This document shows, in pieces, positions 1 through 9,518 of a DNA stretch of 32,000 nucleotides. The DNA is taken from positions 3,896,497-3,928,496 of the forward strand of contig NC_003902.1 of NCBI RefSeq assembly GCF_000007145.1, in the 5' to 3' direction. The notes beneath the pieces are model-generated. The model saw nothing but the letters and a program-made list of their open reading frames with translations, did not search any database and was not told the DNA's origin. The position numbers and the translations under genes are program-made. Source of the stretch: Xanthomonas campestris pv. campestris str. ATCC 33913. Lineage in GTDB: Bacteria; Pseudomonadota; Gammaproteobacteria; Xanthomonadales; Xanthomonadaceae. Each line of letters opens with the position of its first letter. The stretch's first letter is position 1.

Positions 1-914
1 GAGGCCAGCTTGCGCAACGCGACCCGCGCCACCGCCGCCGCCAGCGGATTGCCGCCGAAGGTGGTGCCGTGCGCGCCGAACTGCATGGTCTCGGCCACTT
101 TCGGCCCGGCCAGCATCGCGCCGATCGGGAAGCCGCCACCCAGCGCCTTGGCCAGGGTGACGATGTCCGGGGTGACCTGCTCCTGCCAATGCGCGAACAG
201 GCTGCCGGTGCGGCCCATGCCGCACTGGATCTCGTCCAGCACCAGCAGTGCGTCGTGCTGGTCGCACAGCGCGCGCACGCGCGCCAAAAAGCCCGGTGCG
301 GCCGGCATCACCCCGCCCTCGCCCTGGATCGGCTCCAGCATCACCGCCGCCACATCGCCGCTGGCCATGGCGCTTTCCAGCGCCGGCACATCGTTGAAAT
401 CCACGTAGCGGAATCCGCCCGGCAACGGTTCGTAGCCTTCCTGGTATTTGGGCTGCGCGGTGGCGGTGACCGAGGCCAGCGTGCGGCCGTGGAAACTGCC
501 GCGGAAGGTGACGATCACCCGCTTGTCGGCCGGCCGGCCCTGGCTGCTGGCCCACTTGCGCACCAGCTTGATCGCCGCCTCGTTGGCCTCGGTGCCGGAG
601 TTGCACAGGAACACCTTCTGCGCAAAGCGCGAGGCAGTGACCAGTTCTTCGGCCAGCTTCAGCGGCGGCGCGCTGAAGAACACGTTGCTGGTGTGCCACA
701 GCTTGCCGGCCTGCTCGGTGAGCGCGGCCATCAGGTCCGGATCGTTGTGCCCCAGCCCGCTGACCGCGATGCCGGAGGACAGATCCAGATATTCGCGGCC
801 CTGGTCGTCCCACACGCGACTGCCCTGGCCACGCTCCAGCACCACCTGGCGCGGGCGGTACACCGGCAGGTAGTAATGCGCGAGGGACAGGGGCGAATCG
901 GCAGCGGTGCTCAT
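1..914 (-). CDS. argD: Class-III PLP-dependent aminotransferase (acetylornithine/succinylornithine aminotransferase-like); N-terminal ~304 codons only, 3' end lies beyond the window start
   Basis: Absent from the ORF track because it runs off the window. My reverse-complement translation from the ATG (complement of 912-914) reads MSTAADSPLSLAHYYLPVYRPRQVVLERGQGSRVWDDQGREYLDL...KVFLCNSGTEANEAAIKLVRKW...LVLDEIQCGMGRTGSLFAHWQ...TTFGGNPLAAAVARVAL with no stops. These are hallmark class-III aminotransferase motifs. The gene symbol is tentative. Confidence 0.85.
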   Translation of the reverse strand, partial: MSTAADSPLSLAHYYLPVYRPRQVVLERGQGSRVWDDQGREYLDLSSGIAVSGLGHNDPDLMAALTEQAGKLWHTSNVFFSAPPLKLAEELVTASRFAQKVFLCNSGTEANEAAIKLVRKWASSQGRPADKRVIVTFRGSFHGRTLASVTATAQPKYQEGYEPLPGGFRYVDFNDVPALESAMASGDVAAVMLEPIQGEGGVMPAAPGFLARVRALCDQHDALLVLDEIQCGMGRTGSLFAHWQEQVTPDIVTLAKALGGGFPIGAMLAGPKVAETMQFGAHGTTFGGNPLAAAVARVALRKLA

Positions 915-986
915 GATGGCGGGGTCGCGGAAGCGGAGGGAGACCGGCATTCTCGCGCATTCGCCAGCCTGCGGCACAATGCACGC

Positions 987-1859
987 ATGCGACCGCTTTC
1001 CGATCCCCAGCTCAATCCCGCCACCACCGACGGTTGGCGTCGCCAGTGGTTCGACATCATCTACCGCCACGACACCCGCCCGTCGCGCAATTTCGACCTG
1101 CTGCTGGTGGTCACCATCCTCACCAGCGTGGTGGTGATCATGATCGACAGCGTGCCGCGCATCCACGCGCAGTCCGCGCACTGGCTGGTGCCGCTGGAGT
1201 GGGCGTTTACGGTGGTGTTCACCATCGAATACGCGCTGCGCCTGGCAGTAGTACGGCGCCCGCCGCGCTATGCGCTGAGCATCTGGGGCGTGATCGACCT
1301 GCTCTCGATCCTGCCCAGCTACCTGTCGTTCTTCGTGCCCGGCGCGCAGACGCTGCTGGTGGTGCGCGTGCTGCGCATCCTGCGGCTGTTCCGCATCCTC
1401 AAGCTCACCCGCTACGTGGAAGAAAGCGGCCAGTTGCTCGATGCGCTGTGGCGCAGCCGGCGCAAGGTGCTGGTGTTCCTGTTCACGGTACTCACCATCA
1501 CCGTGATCGCCGGCGCCACGATGTATGTGATTGAAGGCCCGCAGCACGGCTTCACCAGCATCCCGACCAGCATGTACTGGGCCATCGTCACCATGGCCAC
1601 GGTGGGCTTTGGCGACCTCGTTCCGCAGACCACGCTCGGCCGCTTCGTGACCTCGGCGCTGATCCTGATCGGCTACAGCATCATCGCCGTGCCGACCGGC
1701 ATCTACACCGCCGAACTGGCCAGCAATCTGCGGCGCAAGGACGACGCCCAGCACCACGATGCGCGCGGCTGCCCGGCCTGCGGGCTGGAAGGCCACGAGC
1801 CCGACGCACGGTTCTGCCGGCAATGTGCCGGGCCACTCCCTGCTGCGTTCACTCACTGA
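987..1859 (+). CDS. Voltage-gated-type K+ channel (6-TM ion transport protein) with a C-terminal 4-Cys zinc-ribbon-like tail
   Basis: In-frame ATG at 987 inside track ORF 69..1859; the upstream part of that ORF is antisense to the aminotransferase. It has an S4-like Arg repeat RVLRILRLFRILKLTRY, a selectivity filter TMATVGFGD, and a tail CPACGLEGHEPDARFCRQCAGPL. Confidence 0.85.
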   Translation: MRPLSDPQLNPATTDGWRRQWFDIIYRHDTRPSRNFDLLLVVTILTSVVVIMIDSVPRIHAQSAHWLVPLEWAFTVVFTIEYALRLAVVRRPPRYALSIWGVIDLLSILPSYLSFFVPGAQTLLVVRVLRILRLFRILKLTRYVEESGQLLDALWRSRRKVLVFLFTVLTITVIAGATMYVIEGPQHGFTSIPTSMYWAIVTMATVGFGDLVPQTTLGRFVTSALILIGYSIIAVPTGIYTAELASNLRRKDDAQHHDARGCPACGLEGHEPDARFCRQCAGPLPAAFTH

Positions 1860-2040
1860 GGCAAACGCGCACGCGGTGAGGTGTGCCGTCGCGTGCGGCG
1901 ACATCTGCGTGCGCGCGCCTGCTGTACTGGCGGCAGCGTGTGCTGTTCCTCCAGCGCAATTGCCGCGCCACTTCCTGTGAGGAAGCGCGGCTAGGCCGTC
2001 ATACATGACGGCCGCTGTCAGGCAAAGTGGACATGCCTGT

Positions 2041-2074
2041 AACAAGAAGAACGCGCCCATTTCATCAGGCGCGT
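2041..2074 (-). terminator. Putative rho-independent terminator downstream of the lipoprotein gene
   Basis: 7-bp stem ACGCGCC (2051-2057) / GGCGCGT (2068-2074) with a 10-nt loop. On the minus strand it is followed by TCTTCTTGTT (complement of 2041-2050), 12 nt after the stop of CDS 2086..3033. Confidence 0.45.
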
Positions 2075-2085
2075 CCTCGCCCAAC

Positions 2086-3033
2086 TTAGCGCGTCATGCG
2101 GTTGCTCATGTCGATCAGGTCGTTGTAACTCGCCAGCAGCGCCTGCCGCGTGCCGGCCGGCGGCAGCGAGCTGTTGCTCTCCAGCAACATCTGGTCGCTG
2201 CGGCTCAACGGCTCGTTGTTGCGCACGCGTTCGATGCGGCGCGCCGCCACGCTGACCAGCTTGTCGGCGGAGCGTTCCATATGGCCCCACATCGGGTCGC
2301 CGTCGCCGATCTTGGCCTTCTGCGCCTCTTCCAGGATGCCCTGGTAACTGGTCAGCTGCGTTTGCGCGGCGGCCAGGTCCGGCGTGTCGCTATTGAGCGT
2401 GGTCACCAGTTGCTTGCCTTCGCCGATGATCTTCAGGTGGTACCAGGCGGCGCTGCGGCCTTCGTCCTTTTCAATTGCATCGAGCTGCTGCTTGCGGCGC
2501 TGGTCTTCGTTGCGCTCCAGCGCTGCGTCCATGGCCTCGCCAGCCTCGAAGAACGCGCTATAGGCCTGCATCAGCGGTGCGTGTAGCGATTGCATACCTT
2601 TGGCGTCGTCACGCCGATAGTCCTCGCGGTCGTAATAACGCGCGGCTTCTTCGATGCGCTCGTTGAGCGCGGTGAAGCGCTGCTGGTAGGTCTTGGCCGC
2701 CGGATCCAGCTGCACGTTGGCCGGCTGCTGCGCCAGCGCGGCGGTCATTGGCGCGCCGCAGGCTTCGACCCGATGCGACAACACCGTGCCCGGGCCGCGG
2801 ATCTGCGATTCCTTGCCAGTCGGGCCCGCCTCCGGGTCTTTCATCCAGCCAATGTATTGCTGGTAGCTCTCGTGCAGTGGCTGCTCCACCGCGTTGAAAC
2901 ACGCGATGTAGGCATTGATCTTGTCGGCGCCTTCCACGGCAGCGGCGGCGGTGTCGCCCTTGTGGCAACCGGCGAGCAGTGCGGCAAATGCAATTGCCGT
3001 GGCGAGTGGCGCAAGGCGGGAATGCTGGGTCAT
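2086..3033 (-). CDS. Putative lipoprotein of unknown function (possibly DUF3829/YiiG-like)
   Basis: Track ORF 2086..3132 trimmed to the internal ATG giving MTQHSRLAPLATAIAFAALLAGCHKGD. This is a signal peptide plus lipobox LAGC; the rest is helical and hydrophilic. The family guess is from memory only. Confidence 0.7.
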   Translation of the reverse strand: MTQHSRLAPLATAIAFAALLAGCHKGDTAAAAVEGADKINAYIACFNAVEQPLHESYQQYIGWMKDPEAGPTGKESQIRGPGTVLSHRVEACGAPMTAALAQQPANVQLDPAAKTYQQRFTALNERIEEAARYYDREDYRRDDAKGMQSLHAPLMQAYSAFFEAGEAMDAALERNEDQRRKQQLDAIEKDEGRSAAWYHLKIIGEGKQLVTTLNSDTPDLAAAQTQLTSYQGILEEAQKAKIGDGDPMWGHMERSADKLVSVAARRIERVRNNEPLSRSDQMLLESNSSLPPAGTRQALLASYNDLIDMSNRMTR

Positions 3034-3665
3034 GAGGGCTCCATGGGGTTGGTGTAGGAATGCGCGATGCGACGGCCGCAGTGGGCGGACGTAGCGTCCC
3101 CACCGATGAGCCGTGATTGGATGGCGGTGCATGCTTCATGGCGTGCACGCGTTTAGCGCGAGCATGTGGATTGCCGGTGCGGCAGTGCCATGCGCGCCCG
3201 ACCGGTGGGTTGCCGAAAGGGGAGCGCTGAAAATTCGCTGCAGGCCCAGGCTGCCGAGCGCATGCCGGTCCACCGGTAGTCAGGGCCGACGCGGCCAAAA
3301 GGTAAACGCCAGCGTCCTTGATGGGCCGACCGCGGCGAGATCTGCCGTGAATGTGTGCAGTCAACTGAGGCATCCCGTCCGCGCGCACGTCTCGCGCAGC
3401 AGCTCGGCGCGCCGCAGCCTTACCGGAGAATGCACCGGCTGCGTCAGCTACAACCGTGCGCTCGCAAACGCAACGGTGCTGCGTTGCGCTACCGAACGGA
3501 GAGACCATCGGGCGGACCTGCCGCTGCACTGTCTGCGCCGCAGCCATGACGCCCACGGACACCTCAACGACGGCTCCTTTCCCACGCACGCACACCGGCA
3601 CACATCCTTGTTGAAAACGATTTCAGCCGCGCACGATAGCAAACGCGGCCGTGAACCCGCCGTGG

Positions 3666-4481
3666 TCACTCCAGAAACAGATCCGGTAGCAGCGCACGCT
3701 GCGGGTCCACGGCGTAGCCGGAAAGATCGGTAATGCCGGCCTGTGCCAGCACTTCGTCATCGATCAGGAACTGACCATGAAACCCGGCCGCCTCTCGCGT
3801 CAGCACCGCATGCGCGGCATCGGCCATGATCTCGGGCCGGCGGCAGGCGGCCGCGTCCACGCCGGGGAGCATGTTGATCGCATCGGTGGCAATCACCGTG
3901 CGCGGCCATAGTGCGTTGATGGCCACGCCCTGCGGCCCGAACTCGGCGGCCAGCCCCAGGGTGACCAGGCTCATCCCCATCTTGGCCAGCGTGTAGCCGG
4001 TATGCGCGCCCCACCATGCCGGATTCAACGACGGCGGCGGCGCCAGCGTGAGGATGTGCGGGTTGGGTGCCTGCAACAGATGCGGCAGACACGCCTGCGC
4101 GCAGACGAAGCTGCCGCGCGCGTTCACCTGTTGCATCAGGTCGAAGCGCTTCATCGGCGTGTCCAGGGTCCCGCGCAACCAGATCGCGCTGGCGTTGTTG
4201 ACCAGGATGTCGATGCCGCCAAAGGTGTCCACGGTTGCGGCCACCGCCGCGCGCACCTGGTCTTCTTCGCGGATGTCGCACTTGAGCGCCAGCCCCTGCC
4301 CACCCGCCGCGTTGACCGCCGCCGCCGCACTGTGGATGGTGCCCGGCAACTTGGGATTGGCCACCGCCGACTTGGCCGCAATGGCCACGTTCGCGCCATC
4401 GCGCGCCGCACGCAACGCAATCGCCAGGCCAATCCCGCGCGAAGCACCGGTGATGAACAGGGTTTTGCCGGATAACGTCAT
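3666..4481 (-). CDS. Short-chain dehydrogenase/reductase (SDR) family oxidoreductase
   Basis: 271 aa. N-terminal Rossmann motif KTLFITGASRGIGLAIA, NNAS motif, typical SDR length. Confidence 0.9.
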   Translation of the reverse strand: MTLSGKTLFITGASRGIGLAIALRAARDGANVAIAAKSAVANPKLPGTIHSAAAAVNAAGGQGLALKCDIREEDQVRAAVAATVDTFGGIDILVNNASAIWLRGTLDTPMKRFDLMQQVNARGSFVCAQACLPHLLQAPNPHILTLAPPPSLNPAWWGAHTGYTLAKMGMSLVTLGLAAEFGPQGVAINALWPRTVIATDAINMLPGVDAAACRRPEIMADAAHAVLTREAAGFHGQFLIDDEVLAQAGITDLSGYAVDPQRALLPDLFLE

Positions 4482-4606
4482 GGGATTAGGGAGTCGAGAA
4501 TCGGGAATGGCAAGAGCTTAGCGCCTCGGCCCTGTGCGCAAGTCATCATCAGAGCCCACGCTCTGCCATGCCCATTCCCGATTCCCCACTCTCGATTCCC
4601 AGCCCC

Positions 4607-5266
4607 TCAGGGCTTGGGCCCCTGCCCTTCGTTGTCTTCCCAGTGCAGCACGCGGCGGGTCACGAAGCGATAGACCGGCTTGCCGGTGGCGAACCATAGC
4701 TCGCGGATCCAGGAGCGGCGCTTGAGCACGCGGCGCTCCACCGGTGTGATGGCCGCCGGGCAGTACATGCGCTTGTGCTTGAGCAGGTGGCGTAGGTCCT
4801 CGCGTGCAAGCAGACGCATCCAGCGCGCGCGCGGCGGGCCACGCACCGCCAGCTGAAAATCGATCACTGCCGGGCGGCCATCGTCCTGCACCAGCCAATT
4901 GGCTTCCTTGGCCAGATCGTTGTGGGCCACCCCGCGCCGATGCAGTTGCTGCAACAGGCGGCGGGCGGCGCGGAAATACGCCAGGTCGCCACGCGGCGGG
5001 CGTTGGTACATCGCATCGCCGGCCAGATAGCTGCGATCCAGTTGGCGGCCGTTCCAGCCCAGCAGCCGTGGCGTGCGCGCCATTCCGTCCAGTTGCCGCA
5101 AGGCCAGTGCCTCGCGCCGCGCCAGCCACCAGGCCACGCCGCGCAGCAGCCAGGGCGCAGCGCTCAGATCGCGACGCACGAACATGCGCTCGCCCTCGCG
5201 CACCAGCAGGATGCGGCCGAAAGTGTCGGACTTGAGTGGCAGCTCGCCGGAAGGGTCTGGATGCAT
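4607..5266 (-). CDS. Protein-kinase-like fold protein (RIO/LPS-kinase-like)
   Basis: 219 aa with a catalytic-loop-like HNDLAKEANWLV and IDFQLA (DFG-equivalent). Overlapping ORFs in other frames look like GC-driven shadows. Confidence 0.7.
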   Translation of the reverse strand: MHPDPSGELPLKSDTFGRILLVREGERMFVRRDLSAAPWLLRGVAWWLARREALALRQLDGMARTPRLLGWNGRQLDRSYLAGDAMYQRPPRGDLAYFRAARRLLQQLHRRGVAHNDLAKEANWLVQDDGRPAVIDFQLAVRGPPRARWMRLLAREDLRHLLKHKRMYCPAAITPVERRVLKRRSWIRELWFATGKPVYRFVTRRVLHWEDNEGQGPKP

Positions 5267-5426
5267 CCCCCATTGTAGGCGGCGCTCGCAGCATCACAGC
5301 GACGCCCTCGCACCTGCGCGCAGCACGCGCGCCTTCACGCGCAGCGTCGCAACCGCAGGTGAAGCGCGCCGGCCGATGTGAGGACCACGCAAGTCAGCCG
5401 CCGCCAGGCCCACCTATAATTCGGGG

Positions 5427-7508
5427 ATGAACTCATGGATCGACGCCACGCTGGAGTGGATCGGACACCACCCCACCTTGGCTGGCGTGGTGATCTTTGC
5501 GATTGCCTTCTGCGATGCGGTCATCGTGCTGGGCGCCATCGTGCCCGCGTTGCCGCTGTTGTTCGCCATTGGCGTGTTGATCGGGCTTGGCCAGATCAAC
5601 GGGCCCTATGCGGTGATCTGCGCCACGTTGGGCGCCTTCATCGGTGACGCGCTGAGCTTCTGGGTGGGCCATCGCTGGGGCCACCAACTGCACACCTATT
5701 GGCCGTTCCGCCGCTACCCGCAATTGCTGGAGCGCGGCGAATTGTTGTTCCGGCGCAATGCGTTCAAGAGCATCGTGATCGCGCGCTACGTGGGGGCGGT
5801 GCGTCCGTTCGTGCCGGCCATCGCCGGCATGTCGCACATGCCGTTCAAACGCTATCTGATCGCCAGTGGGCTGGCCTGCATCTCGTGGGCGTTGCTGTTC
5901 CTGGTACCCGGCTGGGTGTTGGGCACTGCGTATGACGCGGTGGCCGCGGTGGCCGGCCGGTTGTTCGTGGTGGTGGCGCTGCTGGCAGCGGTGATCGGCC
6001 TGGCCTGGGCGGTGGTGCTGTATTCGTACCGCTGGTCGGCCGGCCATCTCGACGCGCTGCTGGCACGGCTGCTGGAGTGGTCGCACCGTCACCCGGTGCT
6101 GGGCAACTGGTCGGTGAGCGTGTTCGACCCGCGCCGCCGCGAGTCGGTGCCGCTGGCGATGATGGCGCTGATGCTGCTGTTGCTGGGCTGGGGCTGGTTC
6201 GTGCTGTTGATGGTGGTGCTGGCACACGGCGAGCCGCTGCGCGTGGACCTGGCCGTGCACGATCTGATGCTGGCCCTGCGCAACCCGCTGGCCGACTACC
6301 CGATGGTGGCGCTGGCCTCGCTGGGCGATTGGCAGGTGCTGCTGCCGGCGATCGCCGCGGCGATGGGCTACCTGGCCTGGCGTGGGCGCTGGATGGCCGT
6401 GACCCACTGGGTGATCGCGCTGGCGTTCGGGCTCGCCTTGACCCAGCTGCTGGGCGCCACCGTGCAGGTGGTGCGCCCACCGGCAGCGAGCAGCGGCTTC
6501 GGCTTCCCGTCGGTGGCGGTGACCATGGCCACGATCGGGTTCGGCTTCTTCGCGCTACTGATCGCGCGTGAGCTGCCCGGGCGGCGGCGCGTGTGGCCGT
6601 ACCTGGTCAGCGGCGCGATCGTGTCGCTGATCGGGTTCGCGCGGTTGTACCTGGGCGCGCACTGGCTCAGTGACGTGGTCGGCGGCATGTTGTTCGGCAT
6701 TTTCTGGCTGCTGGTGCTGGGCATCGCCTATCGCCGCCGTGCCACCCGCGCGTTCTGGGTCAAGCCGGTGTCGTGGCTGTTCTACGGCGTGTTCCTGGCC
6801 TGTGCGATCGCGTTCGCGCCGCGCAATCTGGTGGCCAAACTCGCCAAGTTCGAACCACCACCGCCGCTGTTGATGGAATTGCAGGTCAGCGATTGGTGGA
6901 GCGGCCAGTGGCGTCTGCTGCCGGCCCGCCGTAATGAGTTCGACGACGACCAGCGCTGGCCGCTGGATGTGCAACTCGCCGGCCCGCTGGCACCGCTGCA
7001 GCGTCAGCTCGAAGCGCGCGGCTGGCGGGCGCAACCGCAAGCCGGCTGGGAGCAGGCGCTGCATCTGCTGGATGTGAGCGGGCGCCCGGATGAAGTGCCG
7101 ATCCTGCCGGCCACGCTGGATACGCAGGTCGAAGCCCTGCTGATGGTGCGCCCGGCCGCACCCGGCCATGTGCATGTGTTGCGGCTCTGGCCGGCCACCG
7201 CACGACTGCTGCCAGACGCGCAACCGCTGTGGGTCGGCAGCACCCAGACGCTGCGTTACAGCCGGCATTTCAGCCTGGTCGGGCTGTGGTACCCGCTGCG
7301 TGGTGTGGACCCGGCACTGAGCGCCCTGCGCGATGCACTGGGGCCGCTGCCATATCGGGTGGAACAACGTCGGCGCTCGCAGGTGCCGGTGATGCTGATC
7401 GACGCAACACCGCACGGCGGCCCGCGGCGTGAGCCCTCTGCAGCGCACCCCGCCACCGCCGCTCAGTCCGAACAGACTGCTGCACAGCGCGATGGGTCAC
7501 CGCGCTGA
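5427..7508 (+). CDS. Bifunctional DedA-family / PAP2 phosphatase-family membrane protein with a long C-terminal extension
   Basis: 693 aa. The N-terminus is typical of DedA (AGVVIFAIAFCDAVIVLGAIVPALPLL, ARYVGAVRPFVPAIAG). The central PAP2 signature is FPSVAV...ARLYLGAHWLSDVVGG. Many TM segments. Confidence 0.85.
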   Translation: MNSWIDATLEWIGHHPTLAGVVIFAIAFCDAVIVLGAIVPALPLLFAIGVLIGLGQINGPYAVICATLGAFIGDALSFWVGHRWGHQLHTYWPFRRYPQLLERGELLFRRNAFKSIVIARYVGAVRPFVPAIAGMSHMPFKRYLIASGLACISWALLFLVPGWVLGTAYDAVAAVAGRLFVVVALLAAVIGLAWAVVLYSYRWSAGHLDALLARLLEWSHRHPVLGNWSVSVFDPRRRESVPLAMMALMLLLLGWGWFVLLMVVLAHGEPLRVDLAVHDLMLALRNPLADYPMVALASLGDWQVLLPAIAAAMGYLAWRGRWMAVTHWVIALAFGLALTQLLGATVQVVRPPAASSGFGFPSVAVTMATIGFGFFALLIARELPGRRRVWPYLVSGAIVSLIGFARLYLGAHWLSDVVGGMLFGIFWLLVLGIAYRRRATRAFWVKPVSWLFYGVFLACAIAFAPRNLVAKLAKFEPPPPLLMELQVSDWWSGQWRLLPARRNEFDDDQRWPLDVQLAGPLAPLQRQLEARGWRAQPQAGWEQALHLLDVSGRPDEVPILPATLDTQVEALLMVRPAAPGHVHVLRLWPATARLLPDAQPLWVGSTQTLRYSRHFSLVGLWYPLRGVDPALSALRDALGPLPYRVEQRRRSQVPVMLIDATPHGGPRREPSAAHPATAAQSEQTAAQRDGSPR

Positions 7509-7892
7509 TGCGTGGCTGACGCGTGGGAAGCAGGCGGAGGCGGTGAGCAGCCGCGCCACGTTGATGGCTGCACCGTAGAGCCACTGTGTGTGGATTTTTC
7601 TCGCACACCAGTTTGGTAAGAGGTGCGCATTGCACTGCGCAGGTTGAGCGCGGCGACGGAGCGAAAGTAGAGCCGGGCTAAAGCATCCGCGTCGCGCTCT
7701 TGGTGACACCCAATGTTTGCTGCCGAGCGATCGCGTCTATCTCCGCGAAGCCATTTGGCAGTGCACGTGTAGTTGGCATCCGCACGCGTGCGGCATGCTC
7801 GGCATGCAGACACCACGCATCCGCTCAGCGATTTGCCGCACCACCAAAGACAACGCACCACCGTACGCAGCGACGTGACCGGTGCCCTCGCC

Positions 7893-8777
7893 TCACCACA
7901 ACACTCCATCCACCGGCTGCAGCGGCTCCGGTGCGCGCTCGCCGATGGCTTGCAACGCATCGATTTCCACCGTGCGGCACATACTGTCCAACGGCAGGTC
8001 GTGGATGGTGTTGGCGAACGGATCGACCAGCTCGTCGCCGATCTTCAGCACCGCCAGGAACATCAGCCCGGCCACGGTGGAGCCCACCGGCGTGGCGTAT
8101 TGCAGGGTTTCCACCAGCCCGATCGGCAACAGGATGCAGAACACGCGGGTGAACAGGTTCGGGTAGAACCGGTATTGATACGGCAGCGGCGTGTTCTTCA
8201 AGCGTTCCATGCCGCCCTGCGCATTGGCAATGTCCACCAGGATGCGTTCCACACTGGCCTGCTGGATGCTGTCGATCCAGCCATCGCGCCGCGCCTGTTC
8301 CACTGCGCGCCCGGTGGTGTCGAGCAATCCGTTGGCCACATTGGTGCGCGTCACCACGGCAGCCACTTCGTCCGCACCCAGGCGTGGCTCCAGCTCCACG
8401 CCCACCGGCAGCCGCCGCAACTGACAGCGCAGCGCGTGCACATAGGCCACCTGGCACAGCGCGATGCTGCGCCCCACCGCTGCGGCGTCTGGCGCCGACA
8501 ACACGCTCACGCACAGGCGCACCAGATTGCGCGAAGCATTGATCATCTGCCCCCACAGCACGCGGCCTTCCCACCAGCGTTGGTAGGTGGAATTGGCGCG
8601 AAACCCCAGGAATAACGCCAACGCCGAACCGAAGATCGTCAGCGGCAGCGCCGGCGCGCGGAACGGCAACACGTAATAAATGATGGTGACCAGCACGTCC
8701 CACACGAACAGCACCGCCAGCGTTCGCCACACCTGCAGGAAGACATCGGTCACACGCGGTTTTACATCGATGATCAC
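7893..8777 (-). CDS. Bestrophin-family (YneE/UPF0187) anion channel
   Basis: 294 aa. FRANSTYQRWWEGRVLWG motif and the TM pattern characteristic of bacterial bestrophin homologues. Confidence 0.85.
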   Translation of the reverse strand: MIIDVKPRVTDVFLQVWRTLAVLFVWDVLVTIIYYVLPFRAPALPLTIFGSALALFLGFRANSTYQRWWEGRVLWGQMINASRNLVRLCVSVLSAPDAAAVGRSIALCQVAYVHALRCQLRRLPVGVELEPRLGADEVAAVVTRTNVANGLLDTTGRAVEQARRDGWIDSIQQASVERILVDIANAQGGMERLKNTPLPYQYRFYPNLFTRVFCILLPIGLVETLQYATPVGSTVAGLMFLAVLKIGDELVDPFANTIHDLPLDSMCRTVEIDALQAIGERAPEPLQPVDGVLW

Positions 8778-8918
8778 GGCACACCCCGGTCGTTAACCAA
8801 CCGCGCCAAGCGCATTCCCTGCGGGATGCACACTGGCGCACTCAAGCGTGCGGAGTCTGCCGTTGCAGCGGTGCAAGTGCGGTGAGGAATCACGCGCACA
8901 CATCACACTCCGCAGCGG

Positions 8919-9518
8919 TTATGGCATCCAGGCCAGCAGTTGCTCCAGGCGGCGATGCGGGTCGTCCTCCTGCAACAACGACAACCGCTGGCCTTCGCTC
9001 AACGGCAGCAGCTCGGCCAGGCGCCAGCCCACCCAGGCAGCTTGATCGAGCAGGCCGGGGCCAGCGGATGCAAATTCGCCACCCACCTGCTCCAGCATGC
9101 GTTCGAGCACGGTGGCGAGCAGACCATGCTCGGGGCGCAGCTCGTCGTCGCTGTCCGGCTCACACCAACTCACCTCCCCCACCACCAGGCCGTTGTCTCG
9201 CACGCGCGAGCGCTGCACGCGAAAGCGCCGGGTACCACGCAGGCGCAAGACCAGCACGCCATCGTTGCCCACATCGAAATCCTCGATGCGCACCTCGGTG
9301 CCGTACGCCGCAGGAACCGCCGGCGCCCCCACATCGCTGCCATCCAGGATCAAACACACGCCGAAACTGCTGCCGGTCCGCCCGCAATCGCGCACCAGAT
9401 CCAGATAGCGGCGCTCGAACACGCGCAAGCCGATCGTCGCACCGGGCAGCAACACGCTGTGCAGCGGGAAAAGCGGCAACGAGGTGATCTCGGCCGGCAT
9501 CGTGGGCTGCACGGTCAT
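8919..9518 (-). CDS. LON substrate-binding (Lon N-terminal) domain protein
   Basis: 199 aa beginning ...LPLFPLHSVLLPGATIGLRVFERRYLDLVRDC, the canonical Lon-N/PUA-like opening. Its start overlaps the mpl stop in ATGA (9515-9518). Confidence 0.85.
   Translation of the reverse strand: MTVQPTMPAEITSLPLFPLHSVLLPGATIGLRVFERRYLDLVRDCGRTGSSFGVCLILDGSDVGAPAVPAAYGTEVRIEDFDVGNDGVLVLRLRGTRRFRVQRSRVRDNGLVVGEVSWCEPDSDDELRPEHGLLATVLERMLEQVGGEFASAGPGLLDQAAWVGWRLAELLPLSEGQRLSLLQEDDPHRRLEQLLAWMP

Noticed and set aside
69-986. N-terminal 306 codons of track ORF 69..1859
   Set aside because: This stretch is the antisense of a well-supported aminotransferase gene (1-914, minus). The recognisable channel sequence begins at the in-frame ATG at 987, so this is a GC-driven open frame.
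2609-3733. ORFs 2609..3601 (-) and 3113..3733 (+) across the 630-bp gap between the lipoprotein and SDR genes
   Set aside because: They have no motifs and low-complexity Arg/Ala-rich translations, and they overlap better-supported genes. I treat 3034-3665 as non-coding, although the spacer is unusually long.
5433-7448. Long minus-strand ORFs (5433..6407, 5845..6480, 6555..7448) opposite the DedA-PAP2 gene
   Set aside because: They are Arg/Pro/Gly/His-rich low-complexity translations typical of shadow frames in high-GC DNA. The + strand product has clear DedA and PAP2 motifs.
7773-8841. ORFs 7773..8615 (+) and 7825..8841 (-) overlapping the bestrophin-like gene
   Set aside because: These are alternative frames of the same GC-rich region. 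Only 7893..8777 (minus) gives a membrane protein with the RWWEGR motif.
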